Below, piece after piece: positions 62,345 to 64,000 of a stretch of DNA of 64,000 nt (position 1 is its first letter; each line of letters opens with the position of its first letter). Both the position numbers and the translations under genes were made by a program. The stretch comes from Oopsacas minuta (taxonomy: Eukaryota > Animalia > Porifera). The stretch lies in assembly GCA_024704765.1 (NCBI GenBank), contig JAKMXF010000016.1, positions 34,292 through 98,291 of the forward strand, written 5' to 3'. The notes under the pieces were generated by a model. The model searched no databases. It had not been told where the DNA came from and saw nothing but the letters and a program-made list of their open reading frames with translations.

Positions 62345-63149
62345 GATCCCATAATCAGTCGGGTCCAGTGCATTGTGGCATTTACTCGGGGGTAGGGATT
62401 GAGTCTCCTGTATTCGATCAAGTGAGGGAACGGATATACTCAGAGGTAGCCTCTCTGGTAAAACAGAATGAAACAGTCCCTACTACATGCTAGAGCTTAT
62501 TCGTGTAGCTCAATCACGCAATACTGATTATCTGAGAGAATCTGGTCTGAGTTCTCTGAAGCGTGTGATTAAAGATTTTCAAAATCCTGATCTGCTCGAT
62601 GCTCAAGGCTTCTCTGCTATTCCACAACTTCCCCCCACCCCTTCATCTTTCATACCTTCTACACAAGTGTCAGAGAGACTGCAGGTGGCGAGGAGACAAG
62701 AGACCGTGTACTCTCCCACCAAGAATTTTCCCCTCAGACACTGCCCGAACACGAACCTGTTCGGATCAAGTGAGAACGTTGATGAGCGAAGTGTCTCTCA
62801 AGCTTATCAGGTGTCTGAAGCCGTAGACTATATCCACCCTCTAGTTGGCAAACCTGAAGACTTTGAGGCAATACACATAGCTGTTTCTGGTGAAGATGAG
62901 AGTGACATCTCAGAGGTCACTTCCCATCTGAGTGAGGGTGATGTATCTCCATGGAACAAACGATTTCATGAAGTTGAGAATTATATCATTGCTTTTTTGT
63001 ACAAACACAATGATGAAAGTTTTAAGCCTAGACTCCTGGAAACGATACATCAAGGTATACTTTTGCTGGTGTCACAGTTATTCCCTCAGGAAATGGTGTT
63101 ACGTGTCCAGAGTACGCTAGGTAGAGATTTGAATGACATTCTTTCCTAG
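62345..63149 (+). pseudogene. PCM1: PCM1-like C-terminal region with frameshift
   Basis: VRERIYSEVASLVKQNETVP (shift at ~62475) YYMLELIRVAQSRNTDYLRE matches PCM1 LRDTIYSEVATLISQNESRPHFLIELFHELQLLNTDYLRQ. Later FLYKHNDE resembles the PCM1_C domain; stops follow at 63147. Confidence 0.65.
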
Positions 63150-63557
63150 AGACCAGCTCTGTGTGAGCTGAGTTATCTCAGAGAATACTCTGATTACATC
63201 TAGGTAACGACGCATCATGAAGTAACAGAATCCCATATTGTATAGTAGATTGATTGCACTTAGGGGAATAGTCATCCTTGTAAGGGTTTGATGTGTAATG
63301 CGAATATTCTTCACAGAGGGTAAACCCTCGTGAAAATCTCCCAGCTGTGTGTGAAGCTTCAGTAGTGCAAATAGACTGAAGTAGCCGAGGTCCCTGTAGA
63401 GAGGCTGTCTCCCGTACTTATTTCCAGCCTAGAAAATGTTAAGTAAAATAGAGAATGAAATAATGAAATGAGTGAACTTTGTATATGAAATCTACAAAAT
63501 AAAGTGCCATAATTAGAAGTAAAAGGAGAGAGCGCTAGATCCAATAGCATAAGATGT

Positions 63558-63744
63558 ACAGCTAACGCTCTATATCGAAGCTCAAGGTACAGCGATGTTT
63601 ACTTCGATAGCGGAGTTCGATATAAATGAATAACTTATGGAATTTTATCTTACTTTGACGGTTTTGGACCATATTTGTTTTCAGACTTCGCTATCAGCGG
63701 GTATTCGATATATCCGTGTTTGACATAACGTGAGTTAACTGTAT
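63558..63744. mobile_element. pogo/Tigger-like MITE remnant
   Basis: TACAGCTAACGCTC ... GTGAGTTAACTGTA ends with internal TTCGATAT repeats. Confidence 0.55.
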
Positions 63745-64000
63745 TAGAGAGGTTATGGAACAATAAATAGATAAATACTTACCTCTTTAGCTACTTCTGG
63801 ATCTTTCGTCTTATGATATGCCTACAGCTGTTCATTTATATTAGAGAATTTAATGAGAGTATTGAGTGCATTCAATACTAGCTCAACCGTCCAGAGGTTG
63901 TCTGAGTCTCGTAGCAGTTGTCTCTCTTTGAGGGAACGCTTTTTCACCTGAGAGCGCCAAATCAAATAGCTTTCATGATGCTTGAGGAATCCGTTAATGA

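Noticed and set aside
1-64000. rRNA, tRNA, CRISPR, prokaryotic operons
   Set aside because: No cloverleaf, rRNA-like conserved blocks or repeat-spacer arrays were recognised; gene structure is spliceosomal.

Overview
AT-rich eukaryotic (animal) genomic DNA with short GT-AG introns. The TRAF/NHL/IgSF gene content and compactness suggest an early-branching metazoan such as a sponge (inference only). I found no rRNA, tRNA or CRISPR. The left and middle of the window form an innate-immunity-like cluster: a caspase, a decayed C-type lectin/Ig/phosphatase receptor, two TRAF genes in an inverted duplication, two NHL-repeat genes, an intact Ig-mucin-FN3 receptor with a tyrosine-motif tail, and a sulfotransferase. 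The right part holds decayed fragments of housekeeping genes (HELQ, UNC13/BAIAP3-like, Ras-like, PCM1-like; a USP39 fragment lies further left) among many DNA transposons. Two highlights. (1) A complete 2977-bp Transib/RAG1-like transposon (14284-17260) with a 5-bp CTATA TSD that is confirmed by an empty-site paralog in the window. Both ends start with the RSS heptamer CACAGTG and carry a shared 9-mer at 20 versus 10 bp spacing, reminiscent of the 12/23 rule. Its transposase has a RAG1 NBD-like segment and an intact DDE/Zn core broken by only two 1-bp frameshifts. (2) A HELQ gene split into permuted and inverted pieces, with hAT ends and matching 8-bp TSDs at every junction. A Tn5/Nextera mosaic end inside a minisatellite flags an assembly artefact.
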